The position numbers and the translations under genes are program-made. The notes beneath the pieces were generated by a model. That model was given only the letters and a program-made list of their open reading frames with translations. It was not told the DNA's origin and did no database searches. A stretch of DNA of 64,000 bases from an uncultured beta proteobacterium (lineage in GTDB: Bacteria > Pseudomonadota > Gammaproteobacteria > Burkholderiales > SG8-41): NCBI GenBank assembly GCA_963808765.1, contig CAWEHH010000009.1:16038-80037 (forward strand), given 5' to 3'. Positions within the stretch are counted from its first letter, which is position 1. Each line of letters begins with the position of its first letter. This document shows positions 31,963-41,239 of this stretch, piece after piece.

Positions 31963-33459
31963 TCAACCCGTGATCACCTCGCGCCGCTTCTTGATCATCG
32001 GAAGCGCCATGATGATCAGGATCAAACCGGTCGCGATCATGAACCCGAGGCTGATCGGCCGCGTGAAGAACACCGACGGATCGCCTCGCGAGATGAGCAG
32101 GGCCCGCCGCAGGTTTTCCTCCATCAAAGGTCCGAGAACGAACCCGAGCAGCAGCGGCGCCGGCGGGCATTCGAGCTTGAGCCACAGGAAGCCGATGATG
32201 CCGAAGATCGCCGTCAGATAAATCTCGAACGCGCTGTTGTTGATGCTGTAGATCCCGATGCACGAGAACGCCATGATCGCCGGGAACAGGATGCGATACG
32301 GCACCTTGAGCAAGCTCACCCACAGCCCGATCAGCGGCAGGTTGAGCAGCACCAGCATGAGGTTACCGACCCACATGCTCGCGATCAGACCCCAGAAGAG
32401 GTCCGGCTTCTGCGTCATGACCTGCGGGCCGGGCGCGATACCCTGAATCGTGAGCGCGCCGAGCATGAGCGCCATCACCGCGCTGGCCGGAATCCCGAGC
32501 GTCAACGTCGGGATGAACTTGCACTGCGCGTCCGCATTGTTCGCCGACTCGGGCCCCGCCACGCCTTCGATCGCGCCTTTGCCGAACATCTCGGGATGCT
32601 TGGATACCTTCTTCTCGATCATGTAGGACGAGAACGAAGCGATCGCGGGACCCGTGCCGGGCAGCACGCCGAAGAAGGCGCCGATCGCGGTGCCGCGCAT
32701 GATCGGCATGAAGGAGGTCTTGAGGTCCGCGGTCGTCGGCCACAGATTCTTCACCTTGGAGGTGAAGACCTGGCGCTCCTCGGGGTCGCCCAGGTTGCCG
32801 ATGATCTCGCCCATCGCGAACACGCCCACCGCGACCACGACGAAGCCGATGCCGTCGGTCAACTCCGGGAACCCGAAGCTGAAGCGCGCCATCCCGGAGT
32901 TCACGTCCGTGCCGACGACGCCCAGCAGCAGCCCGAGCGCCGTCATCGCGAGCGACTTGGCCATGTCGCCGTGCGCGAGCACGGCGGCGGTGACGAGGCC
33001 CATCAGCATGAGCGAGAAGTACTCGGGCGCGCCGAACTTCAGCGCCATCTCCGCGAGCGGCGGCCCGAAGAGCGCGATCAGCAGCGTGCAGATCGTGCCG
33101 GCGATGAACGAGCCGATCGCGGCAATGCCGAGCGCGGGTCCGGCTCGTCCCTGTCGCGCCATCTGGTAGCCGTCGAAGCACGTCACCACCGCGGCTGTCT
33201 CGCCGGGCAGGTTCACGAGAATGGCCGTCGTGGAACCGCCGTACTGCGCGCCGTAGTAGATGCCCGCCAGCATGATCAGCGCGGATACCGGCGACACGTT
33301 GAACGTGATCGGCAGCAGCATGGCGATCGTCGCGAGCGGGCCGATGCCGGGCAGCACGCCGATGAGCGTTCCCAGGAACACGCCGATGAAGCAGAACCAC
33401 AGATTCTGCAACGACAGCGCGACGCTGAAGCCCAGAATCAGATTATTGAAGAGTTCCAT
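31963..33459 (-). CDS. tctA: Tripartite tricarboxylate transporter permease, large subunit
   Basis: Intact 498 aa polytopic ORF, typical TctA (GVLPGIGP..., GIYYGAQYGGSTTAIL). Confidence 0.9.
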   Translation of the reverse strand: MELFNNLILGFSVALSLQNLWFCFIGVFLGTLIGVLPGIGPLATIAMLLPITFNVSPVSALIMLAGIYYGAQYGGSTTAILVNLPGETAAVVTCFDGYQMARQGRAGPALGIAAIGSFIAGTICTLLIALFGPPLAEMALKFGAPEYFSLMLMGLVTAAVLAHGDMAKSLAMTALGLLLGVVGTDVNSGMARFSFGFPELTDGIGFVVVAVGVFAMGEIIGNLGDPEERQVFTSKVKNLWPTTADLKTSFMPIMRGTAIGAFFGVLPGTGPAIASFSSYMIEKKVSKHPEMFGKGAIEGVAGPESANNADAQCKFIPTLTLGIPASAVMALMLGALTIQGIAPGPQVMTQKPDLFWGLIASMWVGNLMLVLLNLPLIGLWVSLLKVPYRILFPAIMAFSCIGIYSINNSAFEIYLTAIFGIIGFLWLKLECPPAPLLLGFVLGPLMEENLRRALLISRGDPSVFFTRPISLGFMIATGLILIIMALPMIKKRREVITG

Positions 33460-33461
33460 GA

Positions 33462-33919
33462 TCAGTGCCCCGAGAACAGTGGATAGGGCAGACCGAGGCC
33501 ATAGATGAAGACCCCGACCGACGCGAGCGTGATGACGACGGCGCTTATGAGCACTTCGAGAAACTTGAATTCCCTGCTTGCGGCCGCGGAGACGAAGATG
33601 AGCGCGACCAGCGCTAGGACGAACCCGAGTTTCTCCATCATGATGCCGAAGACGACCGCGGCGAGCGGCAGAATAAGAGCGCCCGGATCGACCAGTTACC
33701 CTTCACCGGATCGGACTTCATGAGCCCCAGGATGAGCTCATAGATCCCGAAGAGTCCCATGAGCCCACCGAGCACGATCGGGAAATAGCCGGGTCCCATC
33801 CGCAGCGCGCTGCCCATCGGATAGTCCTGCGCCATGAAAATCGCCACCCCGCCGATCCCCAGGAACATCAGGCCGGAGAGGAAGCGCTTGTTGTTCATCA
33901 GCTCGTTTGCGGGCGTCAT
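33462..33919 (-). pseudogene. tctB: Tripartite tricarboxylate transporter small subunit, one frame break
   Basis: ORF 33638-33919 plus a downstream frame ending ...LPYPLFSGH* at 33462, 2 nt before the tctA start. Hydrophobic four-helix pattern. Break near 33690. Confidence 0.7.
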
Positions 33920-34149
33920 GCGTACCTCCGTGCGGACAGCACACTCACAGGTCGTCTCTGCATCTCGGAACTCCTCCAGGAATGTCGCTTATAGGAAACG
34001 TTTTGCAGGGCAATGGATCATAGGGGGCCTTCTCGGGGCGCAGCCATTAGGAAAAACCCTTAGCTGCATGCGGACACCACCCGGCAGCGCACTGGAGTCG
34101 AACGCAGCGGGTCGTTCTGCCCGCGCCGTGGCGGGATACGACTGCTGTG

Positions 34150-34771
34150 CTAGCTCGAGCCGTCCGCGGCGAGGGTTGCGCGGACAAGTTCCGCGACACT
34201 GCTCACGTCCATCTTTTCCATGGCCCGCGCGCGGTGCGCTTCGACGGTCTTGATGCTGATTCGAAGATCGTCGGCGATCTGTTTGTTTTTGCGGCCCTGC
34301 ACGACGAGATCCATCACCTCGCGCTCGCGTTGCGTCAGCGTGGCGAGTCGCGCTGCAGCGCACAAACGCTGCGCCTGCACCGCGGTGGGGATCGCCTGGC
34401 GCGCTGCGCTCTCGATGAGTCGCAGGAGCTGCTCGTCCTTGAAAGGCTTCTCGAGAAAATGGAAGGCACCGCTCTTCACCGCCTCCACCGCCATCGGCAC
34501 GTCGCCATGGCCGGTGACGAAGATGATCGGAAGCGCCTCGCCACGCCGGTTGAGCTCCTGCTGGAGCTCGAGCCCGCTCAAGCCCGGCATCCGCACGTCG
34601 AGCACGAGGCATACGGCGAGTCCCGTTTTGTACGAGCGCAGGAAACACTCGGCGTTGGCATGCGTCGAGACCCGGTAGCCCGCCGATTCGAGAAGCCAGC
34701 GCAGAGAATCGCAGCATCGCGTCATCGTCATCGACGACGTAGACGAGCGGCTGCTTCTCCGGCGCGTTCAT
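34150..34771 (-). pseudogene. FixJ/NarL-type response regulator (REC + LuxR HTH), one frame break
   Basis: MNAPEKQPLVYVVDDDDAM (the ATG overlaps the kinase stop), then ORF 34150-34731: LDVRMPGLSG, EKPF, LTQREREVM...IKTVEAHR. Break near 34720. Confidence 0.85.
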
Positions 34772-36184
34772 GCGTATACCGATTTCAGCGAGCAGTGGAA
34801 CGTGACGCCGCGGTCGGTGTTGCGGCTCACCCACACGTGGCCGCCGTGCGCTTCGACGATCGACCGGCAGATGTGCAGGCCGAGGCCGGTGCCCTGCGGC
34901 TTCGTCGAGAAGAAGGGCGTGAAGAGATTCGCTTCGAGCTGCGGGTCGATGCCGCGGCCGCGGTCGGTGACTTCGAGGATGACCGTTTCGTCGGCGTCCG
35001 CGCGCGAGCGGATCGTGATGCGGCGGTCTTCCGGCGCCTTGTCGTGCATCGCCTCCAGCCCATTGCGCGCGAGATTGAGGACGACCTGCTCCATGAGCGG
35101 CAGGTCGGCGTGCACGTACGGAATCGTCTCCGAGAGCTCGAGCGTCACGCTCGCGCCGTGCTCGCGCGCTTCGACGCTGATCATGGGCGTCACTCCGCGC
35201 ACGATGTCGTTCATGTCGCACGGCACGAGGTTTGGCGCGCGGCGCGCGACGAATGCGCGCACGCGCTGGATGACCTTGCTCGCGCGCTCGGCCTGCGCGG
35301 CGCCTTTCTCCATCGCTTCGAGCAGTTCGGATTGTTCCCAGTTGCCGGAGCGCATCCGGCGCACGCAGCCCATGCTGTAGTTCGTGATCGCGGCGAGCGG
35401 CTGGTTGAACTCGTGCGCGAGCGTCGTCGCCATCTCGCCCACGGTCACGAGGCGCGCGGTGATCTGCATCTTCTCCTGCTGCTGGCGCAACAGCGCTTCG
35501 GCGCGGCGGCGCTCGCTGATGTCGGTCGCGAGCTGCAGTCGCACGATGCGGCCGTCGACCCAGCGCATCGGACGCGAATGGACGAGATACCAGCGGCCGC
35601 GCTTCGGGTCGTGGAATTCGCCGCGGTGCGATGCCGGCACCGACGGCAGGTCGCTCCCCGCCGGGAACGTCTTGCGTGAACTGCTCGTTCGCATAGAGCA
35701 CGTCGCCGGTTTTCGCATCGGACACGTACACCGCGGCGTCGAGCCCTTCCAGCACCGTCGCGAAACGCTCGTCGGCGTTGCTGAGCGCCAGGCTAAGCCT
35801 GCGGATGACGAGCGCGAACAGCACGAACATCGCGAACTGGATGGCGCCGTCCCAGACATACAGCTGCGGCTGGGTGTCGAGCCGGTGCACGTAGACGACC
35901 GAGACGTACCACGCATGAGCGAGATGATGGACATCACGAGCGCCGCGTTGAAACTGAGCGACCAGGCGGCGACGAAGATCGGCGCGAGATAGAGCAGCGT
36001 CAGGCTGACCTCGGTAGTCGGTCAGGTAGTCGGCGATGCCGATCGTGCAGACGAGCGAAAGACACAACGCGAGCAGCCGTGTACGCGACAAGCGCGAGAG
36101 CTGCTCGGTGAGCTCGCCCAGCGAGAGCTTCACGTCCCGCGAGGGGGAGCTCGCGCCGACCGAGGACAGCGTGGAAGCATTCAC
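34768..36184 (-). pseudogene. PAS-domain sensor histidine kinase with membrane N-terminal module, at least three frame breaks
   Basis: C-terminal half from ORF 34768-35937: H-box LAHEFNQPL, N-box LNLARNGLEAM, DRGRGI, GTGLGL. The N-terminal membrane part lies in other frames. Breaks near 36010, 35920 and 35680. The GTG start at 36184 is tentative. Confidence 0.8.
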
Positions 36185-36314
36185 GCTCGTCCTGCGAATC
36201 GGAGCAGGGTCGAAGGTCTGTGGCAAAGGTAGCCGCTTGCTGGGATGCCCGGGCCGGACTCCGGATTCTACCGGCAGGCGGGATTGAAACCGAAAAACGG
36301 CAAACGACCACCAA

Positions 36315-36425
36315 AAGGAAAGGAGGTTACGAAGGAAAACCATGGGTTTTCCTCTGTTCGTTCATCGAGCCGCGGCTCGGGCGCTTGCGCCCGGAGGAAT
36401 CTTGCCGCGGCAGAGCGCCGCCCCA
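36315..36425 (+). repeat. Hairpin repeat family GGAGGTTACGRAGGGAAACC-loop-GGTTTCCCTCTGTTCGT..., copy 1
   Basis: aaggaaaggaggttacgaaggaaaaccatgggttttcctctgttcgtt...ggctcgggcg...gcgccgcccc, lying between the kinase start and the tctA stop. Confidence 0.6.
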
Positions 36426-37940
36426 TCACGCGGACGCCGGCCGGCGCGACCAGAGCGCGCGCAGGCTGCGCCACCCCAGCGTGATGAGCGGCCAGAACAG
36501 CATGATCAGTGCGAGCGCGGTGATGCTCCCGACGAGCGCGTTGGACCAGAAAATCTCAAGGCTGCCTTTGGAGGCGAGCATCGTCTGCCGGAAAGCATTT
36601 TCCGCGCGATCGCCCAGGACGAGCGAGAGCACGAGCGGCGCGAGCGGGTAGGCGAGCTTCTTCATCACGTAGCCCAGCACGCCGAAAAGCACCATGAACC
36701 ACACGTCGAGCATCGCACTGTGCACTGTAAAGGCGCCGATGGCGCACACCGCGATGATGATCGGAGCGATGATCGAAAACGGGATGCGCAGGATCGCCGC
36801 GAACAACGGCACCGTTGTGAGCACGATGATGAGCCCGGCGATGTTGGAGAGATACATGCTCGCGATCAGGCCCCAGACGAACTCTTTCTGCTCGACGAAC
36901 AACAGCGGCCCCGGTTGCAGGCCCCACACCATGAGGCCGCCGAGCAGCACGGCAGCGGTGGCGGAACCCGGTATGCCGAGCGCGAGCATCGGCAAGAGCG
37001 CGCTCGTGCCGGCGGCGTGCGCGGCCGTCTCCGGGGCGAGCACGCCTTCGAGGTTGCCCTTGCCGAAGGTCTCCGGGTTACGCGAGAACCGCTTCGCAGT
37101 GCCGTAGCCCATGAAGGAGGCGGCAGTCGCCCCGCCGGGCGTGATCCCCAGCCAGCAGCCGATGATCGAACTGCGGATCAAAGACAGCCAGTAACGCGGG
37201 AGCTGCGCCCACGTCTCGAGCACGACCTTGAGATTGATGCGCGCGCGTTTTCCCGTGAACGCGAGTCCTTCCTCCATCGTCAGCAGGATCTCGCCCACCC
37301 CGAAGAGACCGATGACCGCGATCAGGAAATCGACGCCGCGCAGGAGCTCGGTCCAGCCGAACGTCATGCGCAGGTCGCCGCTCACGCTGTCCATGCCGAT
37401 CGCGGCCAGCCCGAAACCCAGCATCATCGAGATGATCGTCTTGAACGGCTGGTCTCCGCTTCCGATGAAGCTGCAGAAGGTGAGCAGGTAGACCGCGAAG
37501 AACTCGGCAGGCCCGAAACTCAGGGCGAACTTCGCGACCAGTGGCGCGAGGAACGTGATCAGCAGGATCGCGAAGAAGGCGCCGAAGAACGATCCGGTGA
37601 AGGCGAAGGTGAGCGCTTCCGCCCCCCGGCCCTGCTGCGCCAGAGGATAACCGTCGAAGGTCGTCGCGACCGAATGCGATTCTCCGGGGATGTTGAAGAG
37701 GATCGACGTAATCGCGCCGGCGAAGAGCGTTCCCCAGTAGATGCAGGACAGCATGATGATCGCCGATGTCGGCGGCATCGTGAACGTGAGCGGCAACAGG
37801 ATCGCGACGCCGTTGGGACCTCCGAGCCCGGGCAGCACGCCGATGACGATCCCCAGCAGGACGCCGATCGCCATCATGCCGACGTTGTACCACGTGAGGG
37901 CCACCGAAAAGCCGTGCAGCAGCGAGCTTAGGTCGTACAC
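36426..37940 (-). CDS. tctA: Tripartite tricarboxylate transporter permease, large subunit (second copy)
   Basis: Intact 504 aa ORF with a GTG start; TctA-like throughout. Confidence 0.9.
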   Translation of the reverse strand: MYDLSSLLHGFSVALTWYNVGMMAIGVLLGIVIGVLPGLGGPNGVAILLPLTFTMPPTSAIIMLSCIYWGTLFAGAITSILFNIPGESHSVATTFDGYPLAQQGRGAEALTFAFTGSFFGAFFAILLITFLAPLVAKFALSFGPAEFFAVYLLTFCSFIGSGDQPFKTIISMMLGFGLAAIGMDSVSGDLRMTFGWTELLRGVDFLIAVIGLFGVGEILLTMEEGLAFTGKRARINLKVVLETWAQLPRYWLSLIRSSIIGCWLGITPGGATAASFMGYGTAKRFSRNPETFGKGNLEGVLAPETAAHAAGTSALLPMLALGIPGSATAAVLLGGLMVWGLQPGPLLFVEQKEFVWGLIASMYLSNIAGLIIVLTTVPLFAAILRIPFSIIAPIIIAVCAIGAFTVHSAMLDVWFMVLFGVLGYVMKKLAYPLAPLVLSLVLGDRAENAFRQTMLASKGSLEIFWSNALVGSITALALIMLFWPLITLGWRSLRALWSRRPASA

Positions 37941-37977
37941 GTTCTCGTTCTCCTGCCGGCGGCGGGGGCGATCAAGG

Positions 37978-38500
37978 TCAGTAGCCGAAGTACATTTCGA
38001 GCGGCCCCTTCGGCAAGGGCACGAGGAACTGCACCTCGAACAGCCAGAAGAAAATCGCGTTCAGTCCGACGCTCACGGCAAGCGTCTTCACCCAGCTGTA
38101 CTTATCCATCACCCGCATGAAGCCCGCGATGAAGATCGCGGAGGCGACGTAGATCCCGATCACGTGGATGGCGGCGACGTAGACGAGGGTCGGCACGAGC
38201 ACGAGGAGCACGTGCTTGAACTTGGCGGACGTGACGAAGACGGCGTCTTTGTCCGTTTTGCGCAGCGTCTGAACGATGACGGCAATGCTCGCGAGGCAGA
38301 TGATCGCGCCGATGCGAAATGGAAAGTAACCGGATTGCGGTCCTTCCTTAGCCCACCCGGCGCCGAGCTGCATACGTGTCGATCATCATCAAGGCGCCGA
38401 CCGCGAAAAACGCGGCCGCCGTGGCGATCTCGACGGTACGTCGCGATATCCGGAAGAGTGCATCAATTTTCGAGTCCGCGGGCTTTGCGATCACGCGCAC
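37978..38500 (-). pseudogene. tctB: Tripartite tricarboxylate transporter small subunit (second copy), one frame break
   Basis: ORF 37978-38373 plus an upstream frame, (V)RVIAKPADSKIDALFRISRRTVEIATAAAFFAVGALMMIDT. The GTG is 6 nt after the tctC stop. Break near 38375. Confidence 0.7.
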
Positions 38501-38506
38501 GCCGTT

Positions 38507-39544
38507 TTACAGTCGACGCGCGCTCGATGTCCTGGCGGTGAATCCGGCTTCCTTCATCAGGCTCTGGTGATACGCGTCGTCCTTTTCCAGGAACTTCAGG
38601 AAATCTCCGCCCGCGAGAAATGTTTCTTTCAGCGCATTGCGCTCGATGTATTCCTTCCACTCGGGCGTGGTCGTCACCTTGCGCAGGAGCTCGGTGTAAT
38701 ACGCCACCTGCTCTTTTGTCGTGCCGGGCGGCAGGAACAAGGCGCGCAGCATCTGATACTCGATGTTCAGGCCCTGTTCGCGGCAGGTGGGAATGTCCGC
38801 CCACGATTGATCTTTCGTGACCTGGACCTTGTAGACCATGCGCTGCGCCGAGAACACGCAGAGCGCGCGCAACTGGCCCGCACGCCACTGCGCCACGTTC
38901 TCGCTCGGATTGTTCACGTTTGCGTCGATGTGCTTGCCGACGAGCTGCGTCGCGGCCTCGCCGCCGCTCTTGTAGGGGATGTACGTGATCTTGCTGCCGG
39001 CCGCCTTCTCGACTGCGAAGGTGATGAGATGGTCTTCGCGCTTGGAGCCCGTGCCGCCCATTTTGAACTGCTCGGAGGGCGCGGCCTTGACAGCGGCGAG
39101 GAAATCCTTCGACGTCTTGTACGGCGTATCGGCGTGCACCCACAGCAGGAACTCGTCGAGCGCGATCATCGCGACCGGATTCAGCTTGCGCCAGTGGAAG
39201 GGCAGGTTCGTGCCGTAGGGCAGGGTGTAGATCAGCGAGAACGCGATGAGGCCCTTGTGGGGATTGCCCTGCGATTGCAGGACGTCCATCGCGCCTTCGG
39301 CGCCGCTCGAGCCCGACTTGATCTGGATGATCATGGGCTGCTTCATGAGCTGGTTCTTCGTGACGACGGCCGCGATCAAGCGCGCCATCTGGTCGGACGC
39401 GCCGCCCGCGCCTGCGGGATTGACGATTTCCACGGGCCTCGTGGGCTCCCACCCTGCCGCCGCCTGCGCCAACGGAGCGCCCCACAATGCATGTCCCGCC
39501 AGCGCTGCGCCCACGGCGGCTGCTTTCCAGCTTCGACAGATCAT
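38507..39544 (-). CDS. tctC: Tripartite tricarboxylate transporter substrate-binding protein
   Basis: ATG at 39544 after AGGAGG. Signal peptide MICRSWKAAAVGAALAG...; PVEIVNPAGAGGASD, PYKSGGEAATQLVG. First gene of a tctCBA operon. Confidence 0.85.
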   Translation of the reverse strand: MICRSWKAAAVGAALAGHALWGAPLAQAAAGWEPTRPVEIVNPAGAGGASDQMARLIAAVVTKNQLMKQPMIIQIKSGSSGAEGAMDVLQSQGNPHKGLIAFSLIYTLPYGTNLPFHWRKLNPVAMIALDEFLLWVHADTPYKTSKDFLAAVKAAPSEQFKMGGTGSKREDHLITFAVEKAAGSKITYIPYKSGGEAATQLVGKHIDANVNNPSENVAQWRAGQLRALCVFSAQRMVYKVQVTKDQSWADIPTCREQGLNIEYQMLRALFLPPGTTKEQVAYYTELLRKVTTTPEWKEYIERNALKETFLAGGDFLKFLEKDDAYHQSLMKEAGFTARTSSARRL

Positions 39545-39742
39545 TTCGTGCCTCCTTTGGATATGCGTTATGCCACCGAGCGTTTCGTCAGCCGTGCAAG
39601 GCGCTCGAGTCGTCAGCTCCACCCGCCCTGGAAGGGAGAAGAGCGATTCTGACGTAAGAGAACGGTCATGTATTTAACGTAGACCCGAGTAAGCGGCCTT
39701 TTTCCCAACAGCGCGTCGGACTGCTGCATCGACACGCCATCC

Positions 39743-39830
39743 AAGGAAGGGAGGTAACGGAGGGAAACCATCGGTTGCCCTCTGTTCGTAGGGCGGCGAG
39801 GCCCGAGCCGAAGGCAAGCGCCGCCCCCTA
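39743..39830 (+). repeat. Hairpin repeat family, copy 2
   Basis: ggaagggaggtaacggagggaaaccatcggttgccctctgttcgtagggcggcgaggcccgagccgaaggcaagcgccgcccc. It overlaps the aminotransferase stop codon. Confidence 0.6.
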
Positions 39831-41036
39831 CGCCGCGTTGCGCGCGGTCTTTGTCTGTTCGGCCGTCGCTTGTTCTGTGAGATAGGCCATCGCGGCGGCG
39901 ACTCCGCCCTTCCGGTGCGGGACGCCTGCGATCTCCAGACCCATCTCCACACCCGAGAGCGTCCCGAGCAGGGTGAGATCGTTGAAATCGCCGAGGTGCC
40001 CGATGCGGAACACTTTGTCCGTCACTTTGCCGAGGCCGCTGCCGAGCGACATGTTGAAGTGAGCCAGCACGACTTTGCGGAAGGCGACTTCGCTGTGCCC
40101 CGGCGGCATCAGCACGGCGGTGAGCGAGCTCGAGTATTCGGCGGGATTCTGGCAGAGAATCTCGAGTCCCCACGCGCGCACGGCGCGCCGCGTTGCTTCG
40201 GCGTGGCGGTCGTGCCGGGCGAAGACGTTCTGCAAGCCCTCTTCATCGATAAGCATATGGAGCGCCTCGCGCAGGCCATAAAGCAGGTTCGTTGCGGGCG
40301 TGTATGGGAAGAACCCATTCTTGTTCGGGCCGAGCATCTCCTCCCACGACCAGTACGAACGCGGAAGCTTCGCCTGCTTCGACGCGGCGAGCGCCTTGTC
40401 CGAAAGCGCGTTGAAGGACAAGCCCGGCGGCAGCATGAGTCCTTTCTGCGAGCCGCCGACCGTCACGTCCACACCCCACTCGTCGTGGCGATGCTCGATC
40501 GATGCGAGCGACGAGATCGTGTCGACCATGAACAGCGCCGGGTGGCGCGCCCGGTCAATCGCGCTGCGCACGTCGGCGACGCGCGTAATAGCACCCGTCG
40601 ACGTTTCGTTGTGGACCACGCACACGGCCTTGATCGCGTGCGAGCGGTCCTCCGAGAGCTTCGCCTCGATTGCCGCGGCGTCCGCGCCATGGCGCCAGTC
40701 TCCCGGGATGAATTCCGGCGCGAGCCCCAGACGCTGTGCCATGCTGTGCCATAGTGTCGCGAAGTGGCCGGTCTCGTACATGAGCACCCGGTCGCCGGGG
40801 TTGAGCGTATTGACGAGCGCCGCCTCCCACGCGCCGGTGCCCGACGCGGGAAACACGATGACGGGAGATTTCGTCTGGAATACCTGCTTCAGGCCCGCGA
40901 GCACATCCTGTCCGAGTTTCTGGAACTCGGGGCCCCGATGATCGATCGTCGCGCGGTCGATCGCGCGCAGCACGCGTTCCGGCACGTTGGTCGGCCCGGG
41001 TATCTGAAGGAAGTGACGGCCGCTTGCGTATGTCAT
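39828..41036 (-). CDS. Class V aminotransferase (serine-glyoxylate / alanine-glyoxylate aminotransferase-like)
   Basis: Intact 402 aa ORF. FLQIPGPTNVPERVL, NETSTG, GGSQKGLMLPPGL. Confidence 0.9.
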   Translation of the reverse strand: MTYASGRHFLQIPGPTNVPERVLRAIDRATIDHRGPEFQKLGQDVLAGLKQVFQTKSPVIVFPASGTGAWEAALVNTLNPGDRVLMYETGHFATLWHSMAQRLGLAPEFIPGDWRHGADAAAIEAKLSEDRSHAIKAVCVVHNETSTGAITRVADVRSAIDRARHPALFMVDTISSLASIEHRHDEWGVDVTVGGSQKGLMLPPGLSFNALSDKALAASKQAKLPRSYWSWEEMLGPNKNGFFPYTPATNLLYGLREALHMLIDEEGLQNVFARHDRHAEATRRAVRAWGLEILCQNPAEYSSSLTAVLMPPGHSEVAFRKVVLAHFNMSLGSGLGKVTDKVFRIGHLGDFNDLTLLGTLSGVEMGLEIAGVPHRKGGVAAAMAYLTEQATAEQTKTARNAA

Positions 41037-41077
41037 GGGAAAACTCCTCGGACGGAGAGCCTATTATAGTGGTCGGT

Positions 41078-41170
41078 GGAGCAGCGAAGGGTGAAAGGAC
41101 GAAGGAGCGAAGGGTGAAAGTGCAAAGGAGTGAAGAGTGAGGGGTGAAAGGATGAAGTGTGAAGGCGTGG
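41078..41170. repeat. Purine-rich degenerate tandem array (GTGAARG / GAAGG units)
   Basis: gcgaagggtgaaaggacgaaggagcgaagggtgaaagtgcaaaggagtgaagagtgaggggtgaaaggatgaagtgtgaaggcgtgg, in the divergent promoter region between 41036 and 41240. Confidence 0.55.
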
Positions 41171-41177
41171 ACACCGG

Positions 41178-41231
41178 TCACTCCCTCTCCGTGCTCGGCG
41201 GAAGGGTTGGGAGCGGAGCGGTCGGGAGGGA
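41178..41231 (-). repeat. Inverted copy of the CCCTCCCCGACCGCTCCGCTCCC... repeat
   Basis: The reverse complement ccctcccgaccgctccgctcccaacccttccgccgagcacggagagggagtg aligns with 43450-43505 inside the downstream CDS. Confidence 0.5.
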
Positions 41232-41239
41232 AAACAGTG

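Noticed and set aside
41078-41170. The tandem arrays at 41078-41170, 56027-56063 and 30551-30593 as possible CRISPR arrays.
   Set aside because: The units are 7-23 nt, degenerate and contiguous, with no unique spacers. No cas genes are in the window.
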